Shown here piece after piece: positions 1 to 13,022 of a stretch of 64,000 bases of DNA (position 1 is its first letter; the number at the start of each line of letters is the position of its first letter). The notes beneath the pieces are model-generated. The model had not been told where the DNA came from. It made no database searches and worked only from the letters and a program-made list of their open reading frames with translations. This DNA is from Octopus vulgaris (Eukaryota). The translations under genes and the position numbers were made by a program. The stretch spans positions 73,780,001-73,844,000 of the forward strand of contig OX597825.1 in assembly GCA_951406725.2 (NCBI GenBank), read 5' to 3'.

Positions 1-5
1 TACTG

Positions 6-39
<34 letters not shown>

Positions 40-218
40 CACTACTACTACTGACATTGTCATTGTTGTTATTGTAATTAATATTTTTGTCATTAGGGCC
101 TCCTCCATCTCAGCATCATCACCATCGTCAACATCGTCATTATCGCCATCATCGGAGTCATTGTTATCAACTTCATTATCGGTATCACCACCACCACCAC
201 CATCATCATCATTATCAC

Positions 219-261
<43 letters not shown>

Positions 262-555
262 GTCATCACCACCATGTGTATCGTCATTATCAGTGTCATC
301 ATCATCATCGTCTTCATCGTAATGATTTTCGATTCTCAACATCAGCACCTCACCACCCCCACCCCCCCCCACCACTATCATCTTCATCGTCACCCTCCTC
401 CTCCTCCTCTTTTCCTCCTCCTCCTCTTTTGAGAAATGTTGTCCTTTAGACTATTCCTAATTAATGAGGAAAGAAACTTTTCTCTTTTTTTAGGCGGAAT
501 ATTGCCTGAAACAACACCAAATCGTTGGACAAAAAGCCTTGGCTACGACAGAATC

Positions 556-870
556 TTCCCAACCACATGGTTCCGGGTTCAGTCCCAATGTGGGGCAGCT
601 TCGTCAAGTGTCCTCTGCTATAGTCTCGGACCGATTAAATCCTTGTAGTGGATTTGGTAGACGGAAACTGAAAGAAACCCGTCATATATATACACATATA
701 TGTATGTATATATTTGCGTGTCTGTATTTTTACCTCCAACCATCGTTTGACAACCGATGTTTAGTTCCCGTAACTTAGGGGTTCGGCAAAGAGACTGCTA
801 GAATAAGTACTAGGCTTACAAAGAATAAGTCCTGGGGTCAATTTGTTCGACAAAAGGCGGTGCTCCAGCA
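556..870 (+). mobile_element. SINE family A, truncated copy
   Basis: Shares ccaaccacatggttccgggttcagtccc...gtggatttggtagacggaaactgaaagaa...ggttcggcaaa...aaggcggtgctccagca with many other copies in the window. Confidence 0.8.
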
Positions 871-1481
871 TATTTCTTGGCCCTCTCTTTCTTTAACTCA
901 CTATTTCTCACTCGTTTATCTCCCCCTGTATCTTTCTCTTTGTCTGTTCTTTCTATTCTTTCCATCCCGCTGCCCCCTGCCCATCTCTCCTCCTTCCACA
1001 TGACCGGTGTCCGGCTAGCTATGATCTTTCTTTCTGGCCAGACTGTCGACCGTCTACACCTCTTATGTCAATCTCCTATGTTCCTACCTTTAGGCTTTCA
1101 CTTCATACACGCCAGCTCAAGTTGATTCGTTCTCAGTCGAAAGACACCTGTTGTTATTTTCTAGTTTGTATTCGTAATTGCGTACCATGTTCTCCATTTT
1201 TCGCCTTTTTCTGTAGCATGTTCCTCGTATTCTGTCTTTGTTGCCGTTCACATTCGCTAAAAAGGGGTCTAATGCTCTTAGCTAAGACTTTTTGCGGAGA
1301 AACCAGATCGAACCGTCTCAAATGTAACTGCTCGAAACGGCCGTGACTTCTCGGACTTGACTGAGGAAACAAGGCCACAAATGACCTGTCTCTTTTTGCC
1401 TGTCCTTCTAATTGTTGTTTCTCTTGTCCGCCTTGTATCGTCTATTTGTCCGAATGTTTTATTGTACCCTATTGCGTTTTT

Positions 1482-1566
<85 letters not shown>

Positions 1567-1845
1567 ACGACCTCTGTATATCTAGACATCTACATCTTAC
1601 ATAGGTCAACTTTTCCTTTTCTCCTTCCGAGTTGCAAAGTCAACTCGAGACAAAATATAATAACGAGTGTCGTTCCACCTTTGTATATGCTCATTATAAA
1701 TGCTATACATAGTTTTTCAATCTAAGGCTTTTGAAATGCCTATATTAATATCATTCTGGCCTAGCTAGCTTTCGTTCAAATCAGTAAATGCGTTGTTTAA
1801 ATATTTCTATACCCGAACAAACGTTTTCAGTTTCGTTCAGCATGA

Positions 1846-1898
1846 GAATTCGTCACTGAGAGGACCGCGTCAGGTCGAAACAATGTGTCTGGTGATTC
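1846..1898 (+). ncRNA. Degenerate type I hammerhead (N7 apparently deleted)
   Basis: GAAUUCGUCA-CUGAGAG-GACC(GCGUCA)GGUC-GAAA-CA(AUG)UG-UC-UGGUGAUUC. Flanking CGUUCAG (1834-1840) and CUGAACG (1908-1914) extend the stem. Confidence 0.5.
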
Positions 1899-2033
1899 AC
1901 CGGCGATCTGAACGATGCGCTGCATTTTGATACACAAATTTTCTTTAAAAGATTTTCTGTCGGACAAATTATTACAACTAGTGTCGTTTTAGCTTGATAA
2001 ATGTTATATACTAGTATCTTATACATACATACA

Positions 2034-2066
<33 letters not shown>

Positions 2067-2219
2067 TAAAAGAAATATACTTATGTAAATATAAATATAT
2101 ATGCATATTTATGTGTATGCACACATTTACATATATATATGTCCCTCTCTCTCTCTCTTTCTCTCTTGCTCTCGATTTCTCTTGCACTCCATATACGCGT
2201 ATATCTATATCATGTATAC

Positions 2220-2285
<66 letters not shown>

Positions 2286-2874
2286 ATACATACGTTTATA
2301 CGTATATATAAATATTTGTATATATATGTTATATGTTTGGAGAGATGGGGAGAGAGACAGAAAGAGAGAGAAGTAGAAAAAGAGGGAGTGTGCGTATGTG
2401 CATGTGTGTTCGTCTGTGTGTCTGTGAGTGTTGTGTGTGTGTGTGTGAGTGCTCGCATGTATATGTATCTATTTGCTTATGCTTTATTCTTCGCCAGCCG
2501 CCAGGCAAAGCATTAGATAACAAGCAAAAATCACACACACACACACACACACACAAACAGACAATTCTATTTGCGGTCGGCGCCTGACAGACCACTGATC
2601 CTAAGATGCACACTGACAATTGTCTCCTGACACAGACATTCGCAGCTCAGATACTAACACTCTTCTTGGCTAACACTCAGAATAATATCACCTACGGTAA
2701 AACTTGGCCGCCTGTATCAGTTGCATTCTTAACATGATTTCCACCATCTTGCTTTTATTCATTTATTTATTATTATTATTATTATCATTGATGCTCTTCT
2801 GATTGCATTTTACATCTCTTCTCAACTCCGTGACTCTTATCACGTGCGCTTTGTCACAATACGCACACACCTGT

Positions 2875-2935
<61 letters not shown>

Positions 2936-3010
2936 TACACACAGATACATACAAATACACAAACACACACACACACACACAAACACACACATATACAGTC
3001 AAAAACATAT

Positions 3011-3054
3011 ACTTTATTGACAAGCCTACAAGCAGGGCGAAACGCGCTTGACGT
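3011..3054 (+). ncRNA. Degenerate hammerhead-like motif (U3-A8 core, U16.1 mutated)
   Basis: ACUUUA-UUGACAA-GCCU(ACAAGCA)GGGC-GAAA-CGCG-CU-UGACGU: expected ACGCGU palindrome has U>C; stem I imperfect. Confidence 0.35.
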
Positions 3055-4126
3055 TACCATGAACAAACTTCAACCACGATGTTTGTCTCACGATGTTAGT
3101 TCCACATATAAACTGTGTTTTTATCATGTCCATTAAGAGATTTTCTCTCTGACAAAACCATAGCAGCGTGCCCTTCTACGATGTATAGACGTTTATCAAC
3201 ATGCACAAATGTCTATATGTATATGGCCGTAGACTAATGACTGAAACAAATGAAATATGAAATATTTGTATGTGTATATGTATGTATGTATGTATGTATG
3301 TATAGGATCAGTGGTCTGTCAGGCGCCGACCACAAATAGAATTGTTTAGGGAAGACCGGTAGTCGCCCATGCATACCAACCTCTGCTCTCCACGCTACCG
3401 ATGAAAGGCAAAGGGGCCGATACAGCTTGGCACCAGTGACATTGCAATTCATTTCTACAGTTGATGAACTGGAGGAAACGTGAAATAACGTGTCTTGCTC
3501 AAGAACACAAAACACAGCCCGGTCCAAGAATCGAACTCACTAACTCAAGATTGTGAGCCCGACACACACACACACACGCACACACACCTGCATACACACA
3601 CACACACACACACACATACACCTGCATACAGACACACACACGCCTGCATACACCGACACACACATAATTTAGGTAACTTATGTATATATGTTTCAGACTG
3701 TGACAATTGAGTGTGACCACTCAGAATAGAACACTCAAAGACATGTCTGGAGAAGGTTTAATATGTAATCCCATGAGCGTTAGTCCGACAAATTTTTCGC
3801 CTGTGGTCCATCGGGAACTTCTTTCCTTCTTTTCATTTTGTCATGCGTACATTACAAATGAGGTCTTCTTAAACTGCTGTTTCTTAGTTGCCGATGAGTC
3901 ATAGGCGAAACGGAATATATCTCTTACCGGATTAACGATTATGGATTAAATATTATCTCTTCTTATCGTTTTACATGTTTCAGTCATTCGACTGCAGTCA
4001 TGCTGTGCCACCCGGTCATGCAGGGCTAGTATCAGGTTTTAAACAGATGTTCTAAGGTCTATTCATTCAATTATTATTTCCTCAAGGCATTGCCCCAGCA
4101 AGTTCATAGTATAATGACAGAATGAA

Positions 4127-4187
<61 letters not shown>

Positions 4188-4204
4188 ATATATATATTAT
4201 ATAT

Positions 4205-4372
4205 AGCGTAGGAGTGGCTGTGTGGTAAATAGCTTGCTACGACATGGTTCCGGGTTCAGTCCCACTGCGTGGCATCTTGGGCAAGTGTCTTCTGCTATAG
4301 CCCCCGGGCCGACCAATGCCTTGTGAGTGGATTTGGTAGACGGAAACTGAAAGAAGCCTGTCGTATATATGT

Positions 4373-4460
<88 letters not shown>

Positions 4461-4668
4461 ATGTTTCTGTGTTTGTCTTCCTAGCATTGCTTGACAACCG
4501 ATGCTGGCGTGTCTTCGTCCCCGTCACTTAGCGGTTCGGCAAAAGAAACCGATAGAATAAGTACTGGGCTTACATAAGAATAAGTCCTGGGGGCGATTTG
4601 CTCGACTAAAAGGTGGTGATCCAGCATGGCCACAGACAAATGACTGAAACAAGTAAAAGAGTAAAGAT
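4205..4668 (+). mobile_element. SINE family A (tRNA-like head, CORE-like ccttgggcaagtg block, internal TA/TG microsatellite, gtaaaaga tail)
   Basis: Near full-length; similar to copies at 5176, 11853, 16489, 31979, 33972 and 60928. Confidence 0.85.
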
Positions 4669-5175
4669 ATATATATATATACATATATAATGTATGTGTG
4701 GGCGGTATATTTGTGTATTTAAGAGTTCACGCTGTAGTTGTTTCGACCGATGGCTTGTTAAGTGATATCATGTAAAAAGAAAATAAAGAAAATCCTACGT
4801 TTGTCTTACGTATTGAGTGCTACCCACCTCTTATCAGTTATGCTTTCTTCGTTTCACTCTCATTAACAAAGAATATATGGTATCTGATATATAATACACG
4901 CATACGCGCGCGCAGACACTCAAGCGCATGCGCACACAAAGGTATAACGTTTCAATATACAGACAGGCTATGTGTATATATGTCTGTGTGTGTATGCATA
5001 TATGTATGTTTATGCCAGTGTGCATGTGTGTGTGTATGCATGTATGTATGTTTATGCGAGTGTGCATGTGTGTGTGTGTGCGTGTGCGTGTGCCTGGGTA
5101 CGTGTATCTAGGTGTCTACTGGTGTGTTAGTGAGTATATACGTATATGTATATGTACGTATAATATTTGGATAGA

Positions 5176-5324
5176 TGTGGCTGTGTGGTTGCGAAGCTTG
5201 CTTCCCAGCCAGACGGTTCCAGGTTCAGTCTCACTGCGTGGCACCTTGGGCATATGTCTTCTACTACAACCTCGCGCCACCCAAAGCCTTGTGAGTGAAA
5301 ACTGAAAGAAGCCCGTCATATATC

Positions 5325-5370
<46 letters not shown>

Positions 5371-5625
5371 CGTGTGTCTCTTTGTACCTGTGTTTGTACC
5401 ACTACCACCCCTTGACAACCGGCGTGTACATGTTTGTGTGTCTGTGTTTGTCCCCCCAACATCGCTTGGCAACCGATGCTGGTGTGTTTACGTCCCCGTA
5501 ACTGAGCGGTTCGGCAAAAGAAATCGATAGAATAAGTACTAGGCTTACAAAGAATCAGTCCTTGGGTCGACTAAAGGCGGTGCTCCAGCATGGCCACAGT
5601 CAAATGACTGAAACAAGTAAAAGAG

Positions 5626-5626
<1 letters not shown>
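5176..5626 (+). mobile_element. SINE family A
   Basis: Same head, body and tail as the 4205 copy. Confidence 0.85.
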
Positions 5627-5674
<48 letters not shown>

Positions 5675-6317
5675 GTATGTATGTATGTATGTATGTATGT
5701 ATGTATGTATGTATGTATGTATGTATGTATGTATGTATGTGCGTTGACTGTCCCTCGGTCTACATTTATGTAATGTCTCTTTCTCAAAGAATGTGATGTG
5801 TGGGGAGAGATCACGCGGCTGCTATTTCTAGTAGGTTGAGAGACTGAATTCAGGCTCTCTAGTTGTTGAGAATGATATTTATTTTTAGTGAAAAGACATT
5901 TACCTGTTCATGGTTCAAAGTATTACTTTGTCTATGATGAAGGCCATTGTTATGCGAGAAATTTCTATTAGCAGTCACCGATGAAGGTTTGGCAAAATTC
6001 TTGTAAGCATGCGATTCTTCGGTTCAAAAGCCGACCCAACCGCATTTCCTGTTCTATTCGATATGACGATGAGGTAATAGGTGTGTTATGTATGTATGTA
6101 TGCATTCGTTAAACGTGAATGTACTAGGGAGTGGCTCTGTGGTAAGAAGTCCGTTTGTCAATTGCACAGTTCCGCGTTCAATCCCATTGCTTGGTACCTT
6201 GGACAGAAAGGAAAGCGCAAAATTCCAGAGAAGGAAAAGTATCATCAAAAGCATGTGCCTCGGGCCTGTCAAGGTCTTGTGAATGGATTAGAAGACAGAA
6301 ATTCGAAAAAGCCCGTC

Positions 6318-6377
<60 letters not shown>

Positions 6378-6593
6378 TTATTTCTAATTCTCTCTAAAGA
6401 CGACTACGGCAGCGGTACTGGATATTAATAGTTATCGCCAAGCTAACATGGCAGTCCAGAAAAATAAGACGAATGCTGCCGTTGGTTAGCTCCAAGTGGC
6501 CATCGCCTCTAGCTAGCTATGTGACACACAAACTTGTGTCCATTATAACCTTCGAACAGGGGAGGTCAGCAGCTTCCCCTTGCTGGTCTGGCA

Positions 6594-6636
6594 TCCACAG
6601 ACTAGTTTCGAGGTGGTTGCCTCTTATCAATGTGGA
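6594..6636 (-). ncRNA. Type I hammerhead ribozyme, U3-A8 core variant
   Basis: Minus strand reads UCCACA-UUGAUAA-GAGG(CAACCA)CCUC-GAAA-CUAG-UC-UGUGGA: perfect 6-bp stem I, 4-bp stem II, palindromic ACUAGU stem III, GUC site. Confidence 0.75.
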
Positions 6637-8523
6637 GTAGCCGAACCCTGCAGGTGTCGTTGCTGACCGACTGTTCGAAGGATTATTTACCTAATTTCTG
6701 TGGAATACTATTTTTGAAGACCAGTGGATGTATTCCACCGTGGTCGACTTTGCCTTTCATCCTTTCGGGGTCGATAAATTAGGTACCAGTTGAGCACTGG
6801 GGTCGATGTAATCGACTTAATCCCTTCCCTGAAGTTGCTGGCCTTGTGCCAAAATCTGAAGCTGTTGTATCATATTCGTAGTAATTCGGCACCGTTTATG
6901 CTCGAAGTTCGTTTCAAGTACTGACCCCTGGAATAGCTACGTAGATCCGTAGAGGACAATATCGACCACTTTGCTGGCCCCCTGCTTTGTGCTATTACCA
7001 ACACAACGCACAGAAACATATACAAATACACACACTCACACACACTCACAAGCACACACGGATGTGCGCGTGTCTTGGTATTTATTTACAGATACACACC
7101 TACATACTTTCTACCTGAATGCGGACTCTAAGCTGTGATAAAGAAAACCAAGGCTTTCTAGTGAAATTGAAAGAGGAAGAGAGAAAGAGAGAGAGAGAGG
7201 GTGAGAGAGAGAGAGAGAGAAAGAAAGCAAGAGAAAGAGAGAGAGAAACATTTATTTGACCTTTCATATTAAAGGAATACTTCTATCTTAACTTCTCGTT
7301 CGCTCTAGTGAAGAACTTCATTGACAGACCAAGCAGAAAAGAAGCAAATTTATATTTATTTATTAGCAATGTAGCGTCACCAAAGACTATGTCTTTGATT
7401 TCGTGTTTACCACGTCTGTCATTCGTAATGCTCAATTCTCTTTCTAGTTCTCGTTTCAACTAGTGGCTCATCTCGCTGTTGTTTAAACCCAGGTCAGACC
7501 ACATCGATTAAACCTACAATCAAAGGCGTCCCAACCGAGGCCCAATTACGTCGTTCAAATTACGCCAGCTATGGTTGAGCAGATCCGTTTCTTAAGGTGT
7601 TCCAATCGTTACCACTCTGCTGAAAAAATTTGCTTGCTGTATCATGCAAATCGTACTGCACCATGCAAGAAGGAAATGCGCCATTATGACGAATTATAAG
7701 ACATGAACCACGCAAAAGAAAGAAGGAATTACTATAAGAATTAATTAATTAACCTCGTTATTAGATAATCCTATGTCATATAAACTATACCAACAAGTTT
7801 AGCGATGTCCGAGTTTCTATTCACTATAAGTAACTTTACGCTACTAATCTCTCTGAAGACTGGGGGTTAGGTATAATCTATCCCTGATAAAGCTACAACA
7901 ATACTAGAAACTAGCCAGATCGATTTCACTTTTTTATTGCCAAAGTAAACCTTCTTTTAAACTTTAGAACGAGGCTAAAATTGGATGTTTATTTTTTAAA
8001 AAATTGAAACATTATAGCTTCATATTGCATTTCGGTATAACGTAAAACAACGTGTAGTGCTTTATATGCTCTTCCTGCTGTCAAGCCTCGTCTGTTCCCA
8101 AGCAAATTAATATTTCCTCACGGCCGGATATGTTTTTACATCCGTCTGGAAATGAAGGACACCGCTTGTATAATGGTGACGCTTGCTTACGACTATTACG
8201 CGACGGACGAACAGAAACACGCATACGCACACGTACGCACACACACACGCACACTCATACACACAGACAGACACATACACAGATACACATATATGCGACG
8301 CTTCGTTTCAGTTTCCATTTCTCAAGTCCTCTTACAAGGTTTTATTCGGTCTGAGATAATAAGAGGAAAGACCTGCCAAAATCTCGTACAGCATCCAGTT
8401 GGGCATGATACGAAACAACGTGGTCGGAAAGCAAATATTCTCCACCATTCAGGGAAGATTGCGTCTGTCTGTCTGTCTGTCTCTGTCTGTCTCTGTATGT
8501 CTGTCTCTCTGTCTGTCTGTCTG

Positions 8524-8557
<34 letters not shown>

Positions 8558-8612
8558 CACACACATATATAAACACACACACATATAAATATATATGTTT
8601 ATGTGTATATTT

Positions 8613-8651
<39 letters not shown>

Positions 8652-9093
8652 GCACATACGCATTCTTCTATCTAAACTCATCATCACGTGGTGTTCATTG
8701 CAAAGAACTTTGATAATATAACTTGTTTTTTTTTTCCTCCTCCGCCTTCTCCTCCCGTTTATATTCTAAGTTCTTATATGTTTTCTTTCAGAATATTGGT
8801 TACGCCATCCGCTTTGATTCTCTGTTGGTGTTCCAAGAATAATTTCACTAATTCAGGATCAGCAAACGAAAACAAAAAAAAAGGCAAAAAAAAAAAATAA
8901 TAAATAAAAGAAAAAGCCAAGAAAAGAAAAACAAAACAAAACCAAGAATAAACAACAAAATCTAAACAAAAAAAAAATATCAATTTCCTTTCCAAAGCTA
9001 CAGAGTTTACTTTCACTTTCGAAAAAAAAAACAAAAACAACAAAAAAGACTCAGCTAATAAACAAAATAGAATAAAATATATAAGAAAAATAA

Positions 9094-9131
<38 letters not shown>

Positions 9132-9311
9132 GAAGAAATTAATATATAAATAAATAAATATGGATGGAGATCTATTTGGTAACGTAAATACGTGTTGATT
9201 CCTGTAAACATATATATGAAGTCTTTGACTAAATTATCTCAACGAATCAGAATCATAGAGGACTTTAATGTCGAGTAAATGGGGATATGTAAGGTAGCGA
9301 AGGGTTGTGGT

Positions 9312-10000
9312 GGTGTGCAAGATGGCGGAGATTGTGGAGATGGCGGAGATTGCGGTGTGTGCAAGATGGCGGGGATTGCGATGTGTGCAAGATGGCGGAG
9401 ATGGTGGTCTGTGCAAAGTGGCGGAGATCGCCGTGTGTGCAAGACGAATTGCAGTGTGTGCGAGACGGCGGAGTTGCGGTGTGTGCAAGATGGCGGAGAT
9501 TGTGGTGTGTGCAAGTTGGCGGAGATTGCGGTGTATGCAAGATGGTGGGGATGGTGGTATGCGCAAGATGGCGGAGATTGTGGTGTGTGCAAGTTGGCGG
9601 AGATTGCGGTGTATGCAAGATGGTGGGGATGGTGGTATGCGCAAGATGGCGGAGATTGCGGTGTGCGCAAGATGGCGGAGATGGTGGTGTGCGCAAGATG
9701 GCGGAGATTGCGGTGTGTGCGAGATGGCGGAGATGGTGGTGTGCGCAAGATGGCGGAGATTGCGGTGTGTGCGAGATGGCGGAGATGGTGGTGTGCGCAA
9801 GATGGCGGAGATTGCGGTGTGTGCGAGATGGCGGAGATTGCGGTGTGCGCAAGATGGCGGAGATGGTGGTGTGCGCAAGATGGAGGAGATGGTGGTGTGT
9901 GCAAGATGGCGGAGATGGTGGTGTGTGCAAGATGGCGAGGATGGCGGTGTGCGCAAGATGGCGGAGTTTGCGGTGTGTGCAAGATGGTGGAGATTGCGGT
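9312..10000. repeat. GC-rich 26-bp minisatellite (caagatggcggagat(t/g)g(c/t)ggtgtg(t/c)g), ~27 units
   Basis: Visible tandem periodicity; explains the six overlapping ORFs at 9234-10061. Confidence 0.95.
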
Positions 10001-10696
10001 TAAAGTTTGGGTTTGCTTTCAGAAACATTTATTTTTCTTGAAGCTAGAAAAAATAAATTAAATAATAATATAATACAGTAAGTTTTTAATTTGGAATAAT
10101 AAAAATGCTGTCAAATTTTGGCACAAGGCCAGCATTTTTTGTCTTTGTTGAAGAGAGGGTAAATAATGTAAATAATGTAAATAATGTACATAATTCCTCA
10201 TCTCTTAAATATAGAACTGAACATTTTCCCTTAGAGCGATTCTGAGTATCGAAGACTACCGGTCGAGTTGGCTCTTCTGCAGAATATTTATGGTACTCTG
10301 TGGTTTGAGAGATATTTGGCTGTTATTTCTAACAATCTAAGTGATCGCATCCATTCTATGTTATTTTTTTTTCTCTTTTTGTTTTGGACAGAGATTGTAT
10401 CGTTGTTCGTTTGTAATGTTACAATCGCCATTGAGAATAATCACCGAAGGGTTACAACGCCGTGGAGCTTTCTGTCCATCTTTTCATAGAATTGGTCATT
10501 ATGTGTAAAGGCCAAAAAAACCTGTTTTTCTATGAAAGTATACTTTCACACACACACACACAAACACACACAGAGGTACGTACTTATGTATGTATGTATG
10601 TGTGTGTATATATGTGTATACATATGTATATGTATATATATACATATATACACACACACACATAGATATATATTTATATATACACACATAAGTACA

Positions 10697-10741
<45 letters not shown>

Positions 10742-10838
10742 CGTGTGTGTGTGTGTGTGTCATTAGCAATAAGATACAAAAAGGTAAAGCCAATGTTCGA
10801 CTTGTAAGACAAGAAACAGGGTATCAGATAGAAGTAAA

Positions 10839-10885
<47 letters not shown>

Positions 10886-11197
10886 ATACTAATACTACTA
10901 CTGTTACTAATGATAATAATAATAATGATAATCCTTTCTACTATAAGCACAAGGGCTGGAGTTTTGGGGGAAGCGTTAAGTCGATTACGTCGACCCCAGT
11001 ACACTTTATTTATCGACCGTGAGACTTATTTCCTTGACCCCGCAAGGATGAAAGGTGAAGTCGACTCGGCAGAAATGGAGCTCAGAACCCAAAGAGAGAT
11101 GAAATGATGCTACGCATTTTGACCGTCGAGCTAAATAATGTATGTCATATGCGTGTGCGTCTACGCTTGTGTGTTTGGGAGAAAGAGAATGAATGAA

Positions 11198-11261
<64 letters not shown>

Positions 11262-11852
11262 ATGTAATTAATAAAATGTAATACTATGGTCGGTGGTGAC
11301 GACTAAGTACCTCGTGCTTAACTCAAAAATCATTATTAAAGAGGAGGTAGACAAAGAAATTCAGTAACGTTTTTGGTTTCGAGGCGGAGCTGCTACCTGT
11401 CACTTTGAGAATGGGAGAACCACAAGATTGGGCTGATTATCCGCCCGAATATTTGAATCCTAATTCAGACTAAGCTACTTCTATAAAAAAAAAAAAGTAT
11501 TGGTGATTAAATTTGAGTCGAATATTAATTTAAGAAAAGTGAACTGGTGACTGTAAACCATTTCCAAACAATGGATGCTTTACTTAAAAATGTTCGATAA
11601 ACGTGATCACGTAATTATGCAGTAAGGAAACGCGATGGCAGAATAGCAATCCGGTCAAAATGCTCAACAGCATTTCGTCTGTCTGTATGTTCTGAGTTCA
11701 AATTCCACCAGGGTCGACTTTGACTTTCATCCTTATGAGGTCGATAAAATAAGCACCAGCTGAACACTGGGGGGCCGATGTAATCAACTTATTTCCTTCC
11801 TCGAATATGCTGGCCTCGTTCTGCAAAAATTTCAAACTAATTATACAGCTTC

Positions 11853-12024
11853 GGCGCTGGAGTGGCTGTGCGGTAAGTAGCTTGCTTATCAACCACATGG
11901 TTCCGGATTCATTCCCACTGCATGGCACCTTGGGCAAGTGTCTTCTACTATAACCTCGGACCGACCAAAGCCTTGTGAGTGGATTTGGTAGACGGAAACT
12001 GAAAGAAGCCCGTCGTATATACGC

Positions 12025-12074
<50 letters not shown>

Positions 12075-12309
12075 ATGTGTGTGTGTGTGTGTGTATGTTT
12101 ATGTGTCTGTATTTGTCCTCCCAACATCGCTTAACAACCGATTCTATGTTGCCCCCGTAACTTAGCGGTTCGGCAAAAGAGACCGATAGAATAAGTACTA
12201 GGCTTCTAAAGAATAAGCCCTGGGGTCGATTTGCTCGACTAAAGGCGGTGCTCCAGTATGGCCACAGTCAAATGACTGAAACAAGTAAAAGAGTAAAAGA
12301 GTAAAGAGT
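11853..12309 (+). mobile_element. SINE family A, full length
   Basis: ggcgctggagtggctgtgcggtaag head to (gtaaaaga)n tail. Confidence 0.88.
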
Positions 12310-12791
12310 ATAGCGAAATACATAACATACAGAGTATCACCTTGATCTGTTTTCTAAATATACAGACACACACAGTTTATTACGAACAAGTATAAAATAT
12401 TGGAGATAACAAATAAAAAAAAAACCAGATTTATACTGGAAACAGTGCAAACAACTGAAGATGAATTGATCAATTAAATCCATTGATGAAATTGAATGCA
12501 AACACTTGAGAATTATCGAGTTGAGATTTTTCTTGATAGATTGTGGCCAGAAAGAAAGTGGTGGGAAGATAGCTTTTGTAAATTTGTATTTAAGAAGTCA
12601 AATGTGAATGTAATCTTTGTTTTGTTTTTAATCCATCTGCCCGGGTCGGGTGACTTGCCCCGACCAATGTAACTCTTCCTCGGCTGTTATCCCACGATCG
12701 AGGGACGAGCCATGAATGTCTGGTCTTGGTTTCAATCACATGTCCTTCGTTTGCTGAAATATCTCATCTATGCACACCGTGACTACAGAGT

Positions 12792-13022
12792 AGGCGAGCT
12801 GGCAGAAACGTTAGCACGCCGGGCGAAATGCTTAGCGGTATTTCGTCTGCCGTTACGTTTCGAGTTCAAATTCCGCCGAGGTCGTCTTTGCCTTTCATTC
12901 TTTCGGTGTCGATTAAATAAGTACCAGTTACGCACTGGGGCCGATATAATCGACTTAATCCGTTTGTCTGTCCTTGTTTATCCCCTCTATGTTTAGCCCC
13001 TAGTGGGCAATAAAGAAATAAG
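12792..13022 (+). mobile_element. SINE family B (ggcgagctggcagaaacgttag head, B-box-like gagttcaaattcc, central ttgcctttcatcctttcggggtcgat block)
   Basis: Many copies in the window, e.g. 15911-16145, 24029-24350, 25286-25520, 41965-42135(-), 57765-57957(-). Confidence 0.85.

Noticed and set aside
9312-10000. CRISPR-like array
   Set aside because: Contiguous tandem units without unique spacers, no cas genes, eukaryotic context. The same applies to 43260-43930, where the spacers are CA/TA microsatellite.
9234-10061. Six overlapping 220-264 aa ORFs
   Set aside because: Produced by a stop-free 26-bp minisatellite; no protein family signal.
12635-12720. GC-rich hairpins as a possible HDV-like ribozyme
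   Set aside because: Could not assemble the nested double pseudoknot by eye on either strand.
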